The notes beneath the pieces are model-generated. The model ran no database searches and had not been told where the DNA came from. It worked only from the letters and a program-made list of their open reading frames with translations. A program made the translations under genes and the position numbers. Source: an uncultured virus (IMG/VR IMGVR_UViG_3300044858_002168) (Duplodnaviria > Heunggongvirae > Uroviricota > Caudoviricetes). Taken from it: DNA of 20,000 nt. Positions within the stretch are counted from its first letter, which is position 1; each line of letters starts with the position of its first letter. Where the stretch lies: IMG/VR virus record IMGVR_UViG_3300044858_002168, positions 52,508 through 72,507 of that record; one strand, 5' to 3'. Below, one piece after another: positions 1 to 7,716 of this stretch.

Positions 1-38
1 GTTATGAGCCCTCCGTGCTTCCATCACACTCGCCCGCA
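1..38 (-). tRNA. trnM: tRNA-fMet(CAU), 5' half; truncated by window edge
   Basis: Minus strand TGCGGGC-GA-GTGT GATGGAA GCAC-G-GAGGG CTCATAA C...; CAT anticodon with the GGG anticodon stem typical of initiator tRNA. Confidence 0.75.
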
Positions 39-44
39 ACTGGT

Positions 45-416
45 TTAGTAATAGTATTTATGTGGCTTGTGGCTCACACTGGGTTTGTCCAGCTCTTCCA
101 GTTCTGGAACTGGTGTGTGAGCTGCTGTATGCTCCCACAAGTGGGCTGCTCGACGCTGTGGACGATTCATCATCATTCGGGTCCACCAACTTGGTGTGCT
201 GCCCATCCAGTGCCAATTACAGTCCACTGTTTTGCGCTTTTTGGTTTTGTAGCCCGGTATTTCTTTGTACCAGTAACGTGTGTAGTCTACCCACTCATCT
301 GGGTCGTAGTAGGACCGCCTCTGACTACTATAAGGAATCTTTTCAGTTCCAAACTCCCAAGTATAGTTTTCAGGAAAACGCACTTTGGCTGGGCGATCTT
401 TGTAGGTTCTGCTCAT
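45..416 (-). CDS. hypothetical phage protein (123 aa, basic, Trp/Tyr-rich)
   Basis: ATG with AGGAG RBS; same strand as neighbours. Confidence 0.85.
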   Translation of the reverse strand: MSRTYKDRPAKVRFPENYTWEFGTEKIPYSSQRRSYYDPDEWVDYTRYWYKEIPGYKTKKRKTVDCNWHWMGSTPSWWTRMMMNRPQRRAAHLWEHTAAHTPVPELEELDKPSVSHKPHKYYY

Positions 417-456
417 TTTTTATTCTCCTACCTTGGTTTAAGATATGACATACCCT

Positions 457-497
457 AAAACAAAGTAACAGGCTCGAGGTATCGGCCTGTTGCGTCT
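457..497 (-). terminator. intrinsic terminator
   Basis: GCAACAGGC...GCCTGTTAC stem followed by TTTGTTTT, after the 514-684 gene. Confidence 0.65.
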
Positions 498-513
498 AAC
501 CAGGCCTCAGCCC

Positions 514-684
514 TTAGACTTTGCGTTGATCAGTCGCCTCTTTGATCTGTTCAAACAGTTCATGAACGTGGTTCTGTAACTGAGTTCTGCTTTCCATTAG
601 TGTATCGTAAGTCATAGCGCTCAATTGGCTTGCTGCCGCAGCCATGTTATCTGCGAGTGCTAGTACTTCTTTTTCTGTTATCAT
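514..684 (-). CDS. small helical hypothetical protein (56 aa, MITEKEVLALADNM...QRKV)
   Basis: Translated by hand; below the ORF-track cutoff; fills the gap directly after the collagen gene. Confidence 0.75.
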   Translation of the reverse strand: MITEKEVLALADNMAAAASQLSAMTYDTLMESRTQLQNHVHELFEQIKEATDQRKV

Positions 685-693
685 TTTCCGTCC

Positions 694-1317
694 CTATTCA
701 TAGTGTGCAACAATATTCCAGCCGTCTGTTCTAAACAATACTGTAATGCTTTCATAGGCATTTTCTAGTACCACAGACGACTTGCCGTCTATTAACTTTC
801 CATTACCTTTGAGTGTTACTTTTCTATTTCCTACAGGTGGCTCCATTTCTAGTTTGATAACGTATATCTTTCCTTCAAGCGGGACAGGTGGTAAAAAGAC
901 ATTCAGTGGCTTTGTGGCCTTTACACCTATATAGTAATCGGTGTCTGTAACAGAGTAGTCTTTTTCTATTAGTATGTTGTCACTGCAATTTATACAAGAC
1001 TCTGAGGGGCTTGAAGGTCCTGGCGGGCCTTGAGGACCTGTTGGACCTGCTTCACCCTGCGGACCTGGATCGCCTTGCGGACCTGTTGGACCTGCTTCAC
1101 CCTGCGGACCTGTTGGACCTGGATCGCCTTGCGGACCTGTTGGACCTGCTTCACCCTGCGGACCTGTTGGACCTGCTTCACCCTGCGGACCCTGCGGACC
1201 AGGCGGTCCAGGAGGGCTAGGCGGATCATAGTTTATCACTACTGGATCGCTAAAGTTTGGCATTCCAACAGGAACAAATGGTACATGGGGCCAGAATAAA
1301 AATTGTTGTTGGTTCAA
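694..1317 (-). CDS. collagen-like protein (22 G-X-Y triplets) with C-terminal beta-rich domain
   Basis: [15 protein letters not shown] run; TTG start with GGGAGA RBS. Confidence 0.9.
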   Translation of the reverse strand: MNQQQFLFWPHVPFVPVGMPNFSDPVVINYDPPSPPGPPGPQGPQGEAGPTGPQGEAGPTGPQGDPGPTGPQGEAGPTGPQGDPGPQGEAGPTGPQGPPGPSSPSESCINCSDNILIEKDYSVTDTDYYIGVKATKPLNVFLPPVPLEGKIYVIKLEMEPPVGNRKVTLKGNGKLIDGKSSVVLENAYESITVLFRTDGWNIVAHYE

Positions 1318-1371
1318 GACAATCTCCCCAAACCCGGCCCTTGTGGGACCGGGTTTAACAAAAGTCAGAGA

Positions 1372-2139
1372 TTATCGGATGCTTGTGTTTGTATTGCTTG
1401 GGTTAGCGGTCAGTGTGCCGCTTCCAACGTTGATTGCGCCGTTAGTGATGTTTTGGCCTAGAGCATAGATCAAGTGCGCTAGTTGGCTGTACTGAGCTTG
1501 CTGTTGAGCTTGCTGCTGCATCTGGTTAACAGTGGTTGTTGTGTTGACTTCTACACCACGTGTACGCTCTGCGGTATCAAAACGAGACTGCAGTGCAATA
1601 ATGTTTGCGTTGGCATCGCTCAGCTGACGATTCAGCGTGGCTTCGTATTGACTAGTGATCAGTGCACGAGTCTTGTCACCATCATTGTTAATGTCTTGTG
1701 CCAGCTGGTAACGATTCTCCATTACTTGTTGCTGTACACCGTTCAATTGCTGTGAAAGCAGCATAGCGGTCGCATTGACTGCTTCTTTGGTACCGTCAAC
1801 GCGAGTTGCCAGTGAACCTGTTTGTGCATTCAATTGATTTGTAAAAGCAATGGTTTGATTGGCTTGTGACGCTTCCATGGCTGCTGTACTAACAGCTACT
1901 GCCTTGTCAACAGCACCAATGCTCTGCATTAGGCTCATGTTGGCTTGAACTTGCTCTGGAGGTGAGCGTAACACTGCTCCACCTGCACCATCGCCGTTCC
2001 CGCCGAAAAGGTTACCGTTGTTGCGGAGCAGGCTGCCTAGGATCAGACCGCCAATCAATCCGCCACCGCCGCCACCGCCAAATAGGCCGTCGCCGCCACC
2101 GCTCATCATCATACCGCTTGGATTTAGAATTTCTGCCAT
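1372..2139 (-). CDS. Gly-rich/hydrophobic N-terminus plus long Gln/Ala/Asn coiled-coil protein
   Basis: 255 aa ORF, AAGGGG RBS; GGLIGGLILGSLL glycine-zipper-like segment and heptad-like helix. Confidence 0.85.
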   Translation of the reverse strand: MAEILNPSGMMMSGGGDGLFGGGGGGGLIGGLILGSLLRNNGNLFGGNGDGAGGAVLRSPPEQVQANMSLMQSIGAVDKAVAVSTAAMEASQANQTIAFTNQLNAQTGSLATRVDGTKEAVNATAMLLSQQLNGVQQQVMENRYQLAQDINNDGDKTRALITSQYEATLNRQLSDANANIIALQSRFDTAERTRGVEVNTTTTVNQMQQQAQQQAQYSQLAHLIYALGQNITNGAINVGSGTLTANPSNTNTSIR

Positions 2140-2217
2140 TGTATTCCCCTTTTTTATTATTTTAAGTGGGTTAATAAACAGCAGTTAAGGCCGGCAAGCC
2201 CTAGCTGCCGACCAGGA

Positions 2218-2415
2218 TCAAGCGACCGTGGGTTTCTTTGTTATGTGTTCAAATTCCTCGATTGTGAGTGGATCTGTGTCCTTGCTCATCCAGGCCAAGT
2301 TATTGACCAACCAATCAAAATCAGTTGCTGTAATTTTAGGGTCTTTGACAAACTCAAACAGCTTTTTCATCAATTGTGGAGTGAGTTCAATCTCCATTCG
2401 CTTGTACTTGCTCAT
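2218..2415 (-). CDS. small hypothetical protein, paralog of 2412-2594
   Basis: LM..L.EF......T..D...L..NL shared with the upstream gene; ATGA overlap. Confidence 0.75.
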   Translation of the reverse strand: MSKYKRMEIELTPQLMKKLFEFVKDPKITATDFDWLVNNLAWMSKDTDPLTIEEFEHITKKPTVA

Positions 2416-2594
2416 GACAACCCCACCAATTGGTCATAGTCTTTCATGCTCAGGTAACTGGTTGGGTCACTGTGTTTTACTAAGTTCTCTGTTAAAAAAT
2501 GCAGGTCAAGGTCCGTATTAGCGTCTTCCCGTGCAAATTCTAACAGCCTTAGCATAAGCGGCACGTTTAGCCGCAATACTAATTCGTCTGACAT
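2412..2594 (-). CDS. small hypothetical phage protein (VPLMLRLLEFARED motif)
   Basis: ATG with AAGGA RBS. Confidence 0.8.
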   Translation of the reverse strand: MSDELVLRLNVPLMLRLLEFAREDANTDLDLHFLTENLVKHSDPTSYLSMKDYDQLVGLS

Positions 2595-2651
2595 AAGATT
2601 TCCTTTGTTTTTATTATTATACCAATCCTATGGTTTGGTTCTGGTCTTCAA

Positions 2652-2742
2652 CCATATTGAAACACACTCTTGGCTGTCTAAACACGCGGTTGATCAGTCC
2701 GCTCACCTTTGCCCTATTGTGGGAGAATGTGTTTTAATATGG
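2652..2742 (-). repeat. inverted-repeat RNA cassette C1
   Basis: ccatattgaaacacactct ... agaatgtgttttaatatgg; on the minus strand it begins with the CCA of tRNA-Leu. Confidence 0.85.
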
Positions 2743-2816
2743 TGCCCCAGAGGAGACTCGAACTCCTAAAATTTGGTTTCTAAGACCAACACGTATGCCA
2801 ATTCCGTCACCGGGGC
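2740..2816 (-). tRNA. trnL: tRNA-Leu(UAG), short variable loop
   Basis: GCCCCGG/CTGGGGC-A-CCA acceptor, TTGGT CTTAGAA ACCAA anticodon arm, AGGAG TTCGAGT CTCCT T-arm. Confidence 0.93.
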
Positions 2817-2819
2817 GAT

Positions 2820-2909
2820 TGGTGGGTTCTGATGGTAACGCTCCACCTGTCCAACTTCCACTCGGTTTAGGGACACCGGATTTACAGTCCGGGGAGTGGG
2901 GCAGAACCC
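2820..2909 (-). tRNA. trnY: non-canonical tRNA-Tyr(GUA) lacking a D-arm
   Basis: GGGTTCT/AGAACCC-A-CCA acceptor, CCGGA CTGTAAA TCCGG anticodon arm, long variable arm, atypical T-loop AGCGTTA. Confidence 0.8.
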
Positions 2910-3106
2910 TAGATTGATTGTTTGTAAGTCTTGATTGCGTCGGCATCTAGGCTACAGTAGACCCGGAACTTGTCACGACCAACCTCGTCGTAGAAGCGAT
3001 TGGCCATGGACTCTAATTCTACAAGCTGTTCGATGGTGATCAGAGAACAGGCCAAAAACCTGCTCATGAATGCGTCAACTAGAAAGTCTTTGGTATAAGC
3101 AGCCAT
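2909..3106 (-). CDS. hypothetical protein (65 aa)
   Basis: GAGGT RBS; TAATG coupling to the upstream ORF. Confidence 0.75.
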   Translation of the reverse strand: MAAYTKDFLVDAFMSRFLACSLITIEQLVELESMANRFYDEVGRDKFRVYCSLDADAIKTYKQSI

Positions 3107-3306
3107 TAACTCAGTACCTCATAGTCGTTGATGTTACCATGTTGGAACGTGTTCCACGGCTCTGCATCAATGCTCTGGGCAGTATAGCCTTCTACATCTG
3201 TTATATAGGCACCCAGTTTTTTAGCAGCCCTGTACTCACTAGGAGCCCACACACAGTAGGCAGTCCAGTCACCTATTTCATCATAAACCCTGCAATACCA
3301 ATGCAC
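3106..3306 (-). CDS. hypothetical protein (66 aa)
   Basis: GGAG RBS right after tRNA-Arg. Confidence 0.75.
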   Translation of the reverse strand: MHWYCRVYDEIGDWTAYCVWAPSEYRAAKKLGAYITDVEGYTAQSIDAEPWNTFQHGNINDYEVLS

Positions 3307-3320
3307 TTGTTACTCCGTTA

Positions 3321-3395
3321 TGGTCGAGCCACCAGGAATCGAACCTGGATTGACGGCTTAGAAGGCCGTTGTTCTGTCCGTTGAACTATGGCCCG
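3321..3395 (-). tRNA. trnR: tRNA-Arg(UCU)
   Basis: Canonical cloverleaf: CGGGCCA/TGGCTCG-A-CCA, ACGGC CTTCTAA GCCGT, CCAGG TTCGATT CCTGG. Confidence 0.95.
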
Positions 3396-3403
3396 AAAGA
3401 TAT

Positions 3404-3432
3404 ATTATGGCACTTTCAGTGACCAACTTCAA
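3404..3432 (-). promoter_or_regulatory. sigma70-type promoter for tRNA-Arg
   Basis: TTGAAG-N17-CATAAT. Confidence 0.75.
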
Positions 3433-4405
3433 GACAGAATTTATCGGCTGCCAAGTTCTTCATCTTCGACTCCAGCATGATATCATGCGTGTTGGAGAAA
3501 CTGTAGGCCCAGCAGTTACTAGCCGTATTCCAGTAGTAATCACTGTGAGCACGCAGTTGGGTTTTTGTGTATCCCAAATACAACAGCTCTACCAAGTCTG
3601 GTAACAGGTCTGGGTCCCAGCCGTCTAACACTTCTTCTCGACTGAGTGAGTAGTGGATTACAGGACGCACGCCGCGCCAGCTTTCCATCATCCTTAAGAC
3701 TCGACTATCACTTGGTTGGATATACTCACCAGTTCTAATTAGGTGATGGTGAATGTCCAACACAAGAGCGCAATCGTTGACCAGTTCCAGACTGGCGTCC
3801 ACTCCCCACTTGAACTCGTCGTTTTCTACAGTGATAACATTTCGTGCTTCACGGCTCAACTTCTTCAACGCAGCTTTAAAGCCAGTTGGGCCAGCCTTGC
3901 CGCCAATGTGGATGTTGCATTTAAAGTCTTGGAAAACTTTGCCGTACCCCATGTAACGGATCAAGTCTACGTGATACTCGAATTCCTGGATAGAGTTCTC
4001 CACAACTTGTGGATTCTCAGATCCCAACACACAAAACTGGCCTGGATGAAAACTCAGTCTTACGTCCAATTCTCGAGCACGATTGCCTACCTTCATCAAT
4101 TCACGTTCTAGGAAGGTCACTGTGTCGTGTTCCCAGTAGAACCAGCTCCAGTCGTCGTGAGTATATGCGGGTAACACATCGCTGCTTATACGCAGCATAC
4201 GCCGACCAGGTGGCAGGGCTCCCACATGGTTTACCTGACTCATTAAAGCCACTACGTTGTGCTTCATCAAGTCTGTCAACTTTTCAACAGCCCTTTGACG
4301 GGTGGCTGAATTCAACCACGTAATAGTGGTGGTCTTGATGTTGGGGACACTTAGTTCTTCGAACTTGCAGGCAAAGCCGACTCTGTTGATTTGTTGATTA
4401 AACAT
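3416..4405 (-). CDS. uvsE: UV DNA damage endonuclease (UvsE/UvdE family)
   Basis: GFACK, RISSDVLP, RLSFHPGQF.VL.S, NIHIGG, TVENDE, VLDIHHH, RAHSD, DIMLESK.K motifs. Confidence 0.95.
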   Translation of the reverse strand: MFNQQINRVGFACKFEELSVPNIKTTTITWLNSATRQRAVEKLTDLMKHNVVALMSQVNHVGALPPGRRMLRISSDVLPAYTHDDWSWFYWEHDTVTFLERELMKVGNRARELDVRLSFHPGQFCVLGSENPQVVENSIQEFEYHVDLIRYMGYGKVFQDFKCNIHIGGKAGPTGFKAALKKLSREARNVITVENDEFKWGVDASLELVNDCALVLDIHHHLIRTGEYIQPSDSRVLRMMESWRGVRPVIHYSLSREEVLDGWDPDLLPDLVELLYLGYTKTQLRAHSDYYWNTASNCWAYSFSNTHDIMLESKMKNLAADKFCLEVGH

Positions 4406-4427
4406 AGTTGTAGTTGATTAAAACACT

Positions 4428-4456
4428 ATTTTATATCAAATGACTATAACAATCAA
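4428..4456 (-). promoter_or_regulatory. promoter for uvsE
   Basis: TTGATT-N17-TAAAAT. Confidence 0.75.
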
Positions 4457-4457
4457 G

Positions 4458-5054
4458 TCAGGGATTTACAAGGTAAAAGGCTTTGCTAAAGCCCAATGGT
4501 GTCATACTTCGTAGTTCTTTTGTTTTTTCACTCTTGCCGCCCAGCCTCATAATGGGACTATTGCCCAATGAGGGCTCAACAGGCTTTTTCTCTGGGGTAT
4601 TGAAGGTTCCCCACAGTCCGGTACGCTTGTTGTAGGCCTCGGTTGATGGATCGGATAGATAGCCAGCAAACTCGCAGGGATTGAAATACCATGGTGTTCC
4701 CAGTTCTGGGAACAATTTGTTCAACCGGCCCACAGGGTTTTCAATTGCCCAAACACGCGGTTTGTAGTAGTGGATCAATTCTAGGGTCTTGGACACCAGG
4801 TCCATGCTAGCCTCAGTGCGACCATCGTTGTCTTTGGTCTTCCAGTACTGAGCACCGCTTGAGGCAAAGTCAGTACAGGGTGGAGCTGCGAGTATGATTC
4901 CTATCTCTGAGGCCGGAATGTCGTCTGGTGTTAGGTCCAGTATGTCCACACCAAGTTTGACGTCTACTTGGTAGACTTCGTAGCCGCTTTCACGGTAGGG
5001 ACTACTCCATCGGCCGCTAAAGTCAAACAATGACAGTACTGTTTTACATTCCAT
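4458..5054 (-). CDS. short DNA (cytosine-5) methyltransferase-like protein
   Basis: Motif I-like LSLFDFSG, catalytic PPC(TDF), motif VI ENPVGR, K.T.LWG. Confidence 0.8.
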   Translation of the reverse strand: MECKTVLSLFDFSGRWSSPYRESGYEVYQVDVKLGVDILDLTPDDIPASEIGIILAAPPCTDFASSGAQYWKTKDNDGRTEASMDLVSKTLELIHYYKPRVWAIENPVGRLNKLFPELGTPWYFNPCEFAGYLSDPSTEAYNKRTGLWGTFNTPEKKPVEPSLGNSPIMRLGGKSEKTKELRSMTPLGFSKAFYLVNP

Positions 5055-5250
5055 AAAATCGATTACATACTTTGCAAATTGGGTTGCCGTCCAAGTCTGG
5101 GATCAATTCTGTACTACGAAACCAGATACTACAATTGCTGCAGGTTTCGATGGTGGGAATGTCTGCTTCTTCCACTGGGATGTTGAACTCCAAACACGCT
5201 TCCAATAAACTCTTCTTTTTACGGTACAGGGACTTCTCTAGTTCATTCAT
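5044..5250 (-). CDS. hypothetical zinc-finger protein
   Basis: CSNC...CKVC pairs; overlaps neighbours in operon fashion. Confidence 0.75.
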   Translation of the reverse strand: MNELEKSLYRKKKSLLEACLEFNIPVEEADIPTIETCSNCSIWFRSTELIPDLDGNPICKVCNRFYGM

Positions 5251-5753
5251 CTTTTAAAACGGTCATCATTGTTGTATCGGTCCTTGTACTTGCTGTAGTA
5301 AATCAGGAAAATTACATTGCAGCCAGCGTGGGCTAGGTGGCTCAGTCCACTTTCAGGGTCCAAGTCCTCACCACGACTCCAGGCGAATAAATGGCGGAAC
5401 AGTGAGCTTAACACTCGGGTATAACGGAAACCATCTCCTTGGGTCCAGTTGTGGGCAGCGTACTTACGAGCACCAAACTCCAATACCTTGTTGATTTCTT
5501 CTACCGCCTCAAACGGCATCAAACTCCAGTCCGTTTTACCACTGTCATATTTAACTGCAGTGGCCTCAGTTTTAGGGTCTGGAGTTGGGTCCACAGTAAC
5601 CTTAGATAAAACAGGCGGACTGTCCTGTACTGTGACTGTGATGTTAACAGGCGGACTGTCCTGTACTGTGACTGTGATGTTGTCATCACCAGGGGTTGGA
5701 AATGGATGGTCAAAGTCTTTCCAGAACTGTTGTAGGTCTGATCGAGAATTCAT
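5247..5753 (-). CDS. dATP/dGTP diphosphohydrolase N-terminal domain (DUF5664) protein
   Basis: KYDSGK..W.L.P, VL.FGA.KY...NW, RHL.AW..GE..DPESGL.HLAHA..N; start uncertain (no RBS). Confidence 0.85.
   Translation of the reverse strand: MNSRSDLQQFWKDFDHPFPTPGDDNITVTVQDSPPVNITVTVQDSPPVLSKVTVDPTPDPKTEATAVKYDSGKTDWSLMPFEAVEEINKVLEFGARKYAAHNWTQGDGFRYTRVLSSLFRHLFAWSRGEDLDPESGLSHLAHAGCNVIFLIYYSKYKDRYNNDDRFKR
5610..5681. repeat. perfect 36-bp tandem duplication inside the DUF5664 gene
   Basis: aacaggcggactgtcctgtactgtgactgtgatgtt x2 (NITVTVQDSPPV x2). Confidence 0.95.
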
Positions 5754-5775
5754 AGATGGTTGAGTTAGGTTGATA

Positions 5776-6018
5776 GTTGGGGGCCCGGGATCGCACCGGG
5801 CACACAGATGGCCATCTGTGTTGCAGATCTTACCCTCTGGCTCGGTAATAACTTCACGTTATTCAAAACAGCACTTGGCATACAGATCCGTACTGTTGGG
5901 TAGAGCTACTGCACTGGTTTCAAGCAGTTTGTATAGTTCTGCTTTCATGAGATACAGCTTATGGACAGTTTAGTTTTTTCATGGCTTTCGCTCGTGCAGG
6001 GTAAACGTCAAAACCCCG
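5776..6018 (-). ncRNA. candidate structured RNA with tmRNA-like traits
   Basis: 5' GGGG TTTTGACG; TTACCCT/AGGGTAA helix; T-arm-like CCCGG TGCGATC CCGGG then CCCCCA. Confidence 0.35.
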
Positions 6019-6198
6019 TTAATTATCCAGTGGCCAAGGTTTAAAGAGGGCCGGCTCTTTGCGAGATAGTTTATCCACTACTGGCATTTCCAACACAGGT
6101 TTGGCGCCACCAACCAGTTTGTAGTATTTGTGGTATACTGGCAGCAACTTACTGCACAAGTTTTCAAGGTCTTTAACGTACTGGTTGTCGTTGTTCAT
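6019..6198 (-). CDS. hypothetical protein (59 aa, starts MNNDNQ)
   Basis: GAGGA RBS; a promoter inside the longer predicted ORF fixes the start at 6198. Confidence 0.75.
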   Translation of the reverse strand: MNNDNQYVKDLENLCSKLLPVYHKYYKLVGGAKPVLEMPVVDKLSRKEPALFKPWPLDN

Positions 6199-6220
6199 GG
6201 TGGTATCCTCGCTATTTCGT

Positions 6221-6249
6221 ATTATAGCACTATACCTGGACCCGCGCAA
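6221..6249 (-). promoter_or_regulatory. promoter
   Basis: TTGCGC-N17-TATAAT with extended TG. Confidence 0.75.
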
Positions 6250-6285
6250 ATCAAAAATTCTTTTGCTCATAGATTAAATTTAGAT

Positions 6286-6326
6286 AAAACAAAAGCCACC
6301 GTGCCTTTAACAGCAGGGTGGCTTTT
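6286..6326 (-). terminator. intrinsic terminator ending the RNA island
   Basis: AAAAGCCACC...GGTGGCTTTT GTTTT. Confidence 0.85.
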
Positions 6327-6332
6327 GAACCG

Positions 6333-7241
6333 ATCGAGTTTTTGTTGCCTGTAGAAATTCAGACTGGGGTAACCCCCAGTATTCTACGAGTACGTATTCG
6401 GCTTGTTGGCCAGGCGTTACAGGGATTTTCCAACCTCCCACTACAGTGTTCTAGTTTACGCTAGCTGTACGGATTTAAGTGTTTGTTTACCCGGTTGACT
6501 CCGGGGAAAGTTAGTTTACGGCAACTTCAGTCTATCACGTATGGACTCTGGGTCCCATATACCCACTGGTTTCGGTACCAACACACTAGTCGTAAAACTA
6601 TGGTGGTTGGGTTTCGAAGTACCGACTAGATTTGATTAAACCGTTTACAAGTACAGGCTGTAACTGACCTCAGGCACGGATTTTTCTGTCCAGGCTAAAG
6701 CCCCGCCCTTCCCGGTCAATCCGGAGGCCGATATGTTTTTTGACAGACACCACTCTCTCACTCTGACAGGCTGATTACTGTCCCTGGCGTGGATTTAGAT
6801 GACAGCCGTTGTGTACATAAATGCAGTGACTTCGGGCAAGTCTGACGCTACCACACATGATGCGTGTGTATCACAGTTAGTTGGTCGGTTCGGTATTTGA
6901 TTTCCAATCCTTATACCTTGGCGGAGTATTGATAAACTATTAGAGTCGCCCCTCTTTAGTTTATTCGCTAGTGGGATTCCAGACCCACATTACAGGATAT
7001 ATCCTGCTCTTGTTGTTCAGGTTGTGTGTTCCTGAGTTAGAAGATAGCTGTATTTTACAGACTTCTTTGTCTGCGAGTTTAACGTCACCTCACCGTGGAC
7101 GCGAGCATTTAAGGCAGTCTCGAAGCCGCAAATGTTTACCGTAGCCTGAAAGAAGCTGGTGTGGGTGTCATATTAACCGCCTTGCGAGCGGCCCTCACCA
7201 TCGAAGGCTTAGGGAGTAAACCTGTCTGCCGAAACCTCAAC
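6333..7241 (-). ncRNA. candidate large (~910 nt) structured ncRNA, family unrecognised
   Basis: No credible ORF; dense hairpins; 5' GTTGAGGTTT can pair with 3' AAAACTCGAT; bounded by a promoter (7567) and a terminator (6286). Confidence 0.7.
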
Positions 7242-7248
7242 AGTATAA

Positions 7249-7464
7249 TCTACGAATTAAACACTTTAGGATTTGGAGAAACGAACGTGCTGCTTTGCTC
7301 AGAGAACTTTTCCAATTATTCCGTTCGACAACGCATAGAAACTCAAATATGCCTATTCGGTTTCTAGGATCTAGTTGGGCAGTGGGCATAGACTCTTATC
7401 GCGTCTAGCGTGATCTTTGTCCTAGGCATTAGGACCTTTCTCCAAATTCTAAAGAGTTTGTAGA
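7249..7464 (-). ncRNA. ~150-nt structured insert closed by a long stem
   Basis: ctttaggatttggagaaa / tttctccaaattctaaag 18-bp stem, extendable to tctac/gtaga. Confidence 0.55.
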
Positions 7465-7566
7465 GGGCTGTGGCTCGGTGACGTAGCTTGTCCACAATTA
7501 AGTCGTATCACGTAGCAGTAATATATCGCTGTGACCGCTGACACCCTTTTCTCAACAATAAAATCT

Positions 7567-7595
7567 ATTATACACTAACGGGTAGTTACCATCAA
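7567..7595 (-). promoter_or_regulatory. promoter driving the large-RNA transcript
   Basis: TTGATG-N17-TATAAT then AGATTTTATT. Confidence 0.8.
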
Positions 7596-7610
7596 GTGTA
7601 AATTTTTATA

Positions 7611-7716
7611 CCATATTGAAACACACTGCTGGATCCTGACTACCGTTTACAACTATTAAGTCTACTGCCGTATTCCTAGTCTAGTGTAAAACTCGCCACA
7701 ATGCGTTTCAATATGG
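7611..7716 (-). repeat. inverted-repeat RNA cassette C2
   Basis: ccatattgaaacacactgc ... acaatgcgtttcaatatgg. Confidence 0.85.

Noticed and set aside
990..1299. Repetitive ORFs in other frames (VRRVKQ, LLDLLH, RTCWTC)
   Set aside because: Shadows of the collagen codon repeat.
2670..2725. Hammerhead or theta ribozyme after tRNA-Leu
   Set aside because: CTGATCA is not CTGATGA, there is no GAAA core, and no HDV-like nested pseudoknot is evident.
5247..5753. Evidence for a 2-aminoadenine (Z) genome
   Set aside because: DUF5664 is widespread, and no purZ is present in the window.
5753..5949. TAA readthrough joining MKAELY...CCFE to the DUF5664 ORF in frame
   Set aside because: No RBS, no suppressor tRNA, and all three stop codons are used normally elsewhere; RNA structure explains the region at least as well.
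6333..7241. Group I/II intron, RNase P RNA, rRNA, GOLLD or ROOL assignment
   Set aside because: No interrupted gene, no domain V, no GAGGAAAGTCC, and P7-like strands are in the wrong order. I could not recognise GOLLD/ROOL signatures, though only a covariance search can exclude them.
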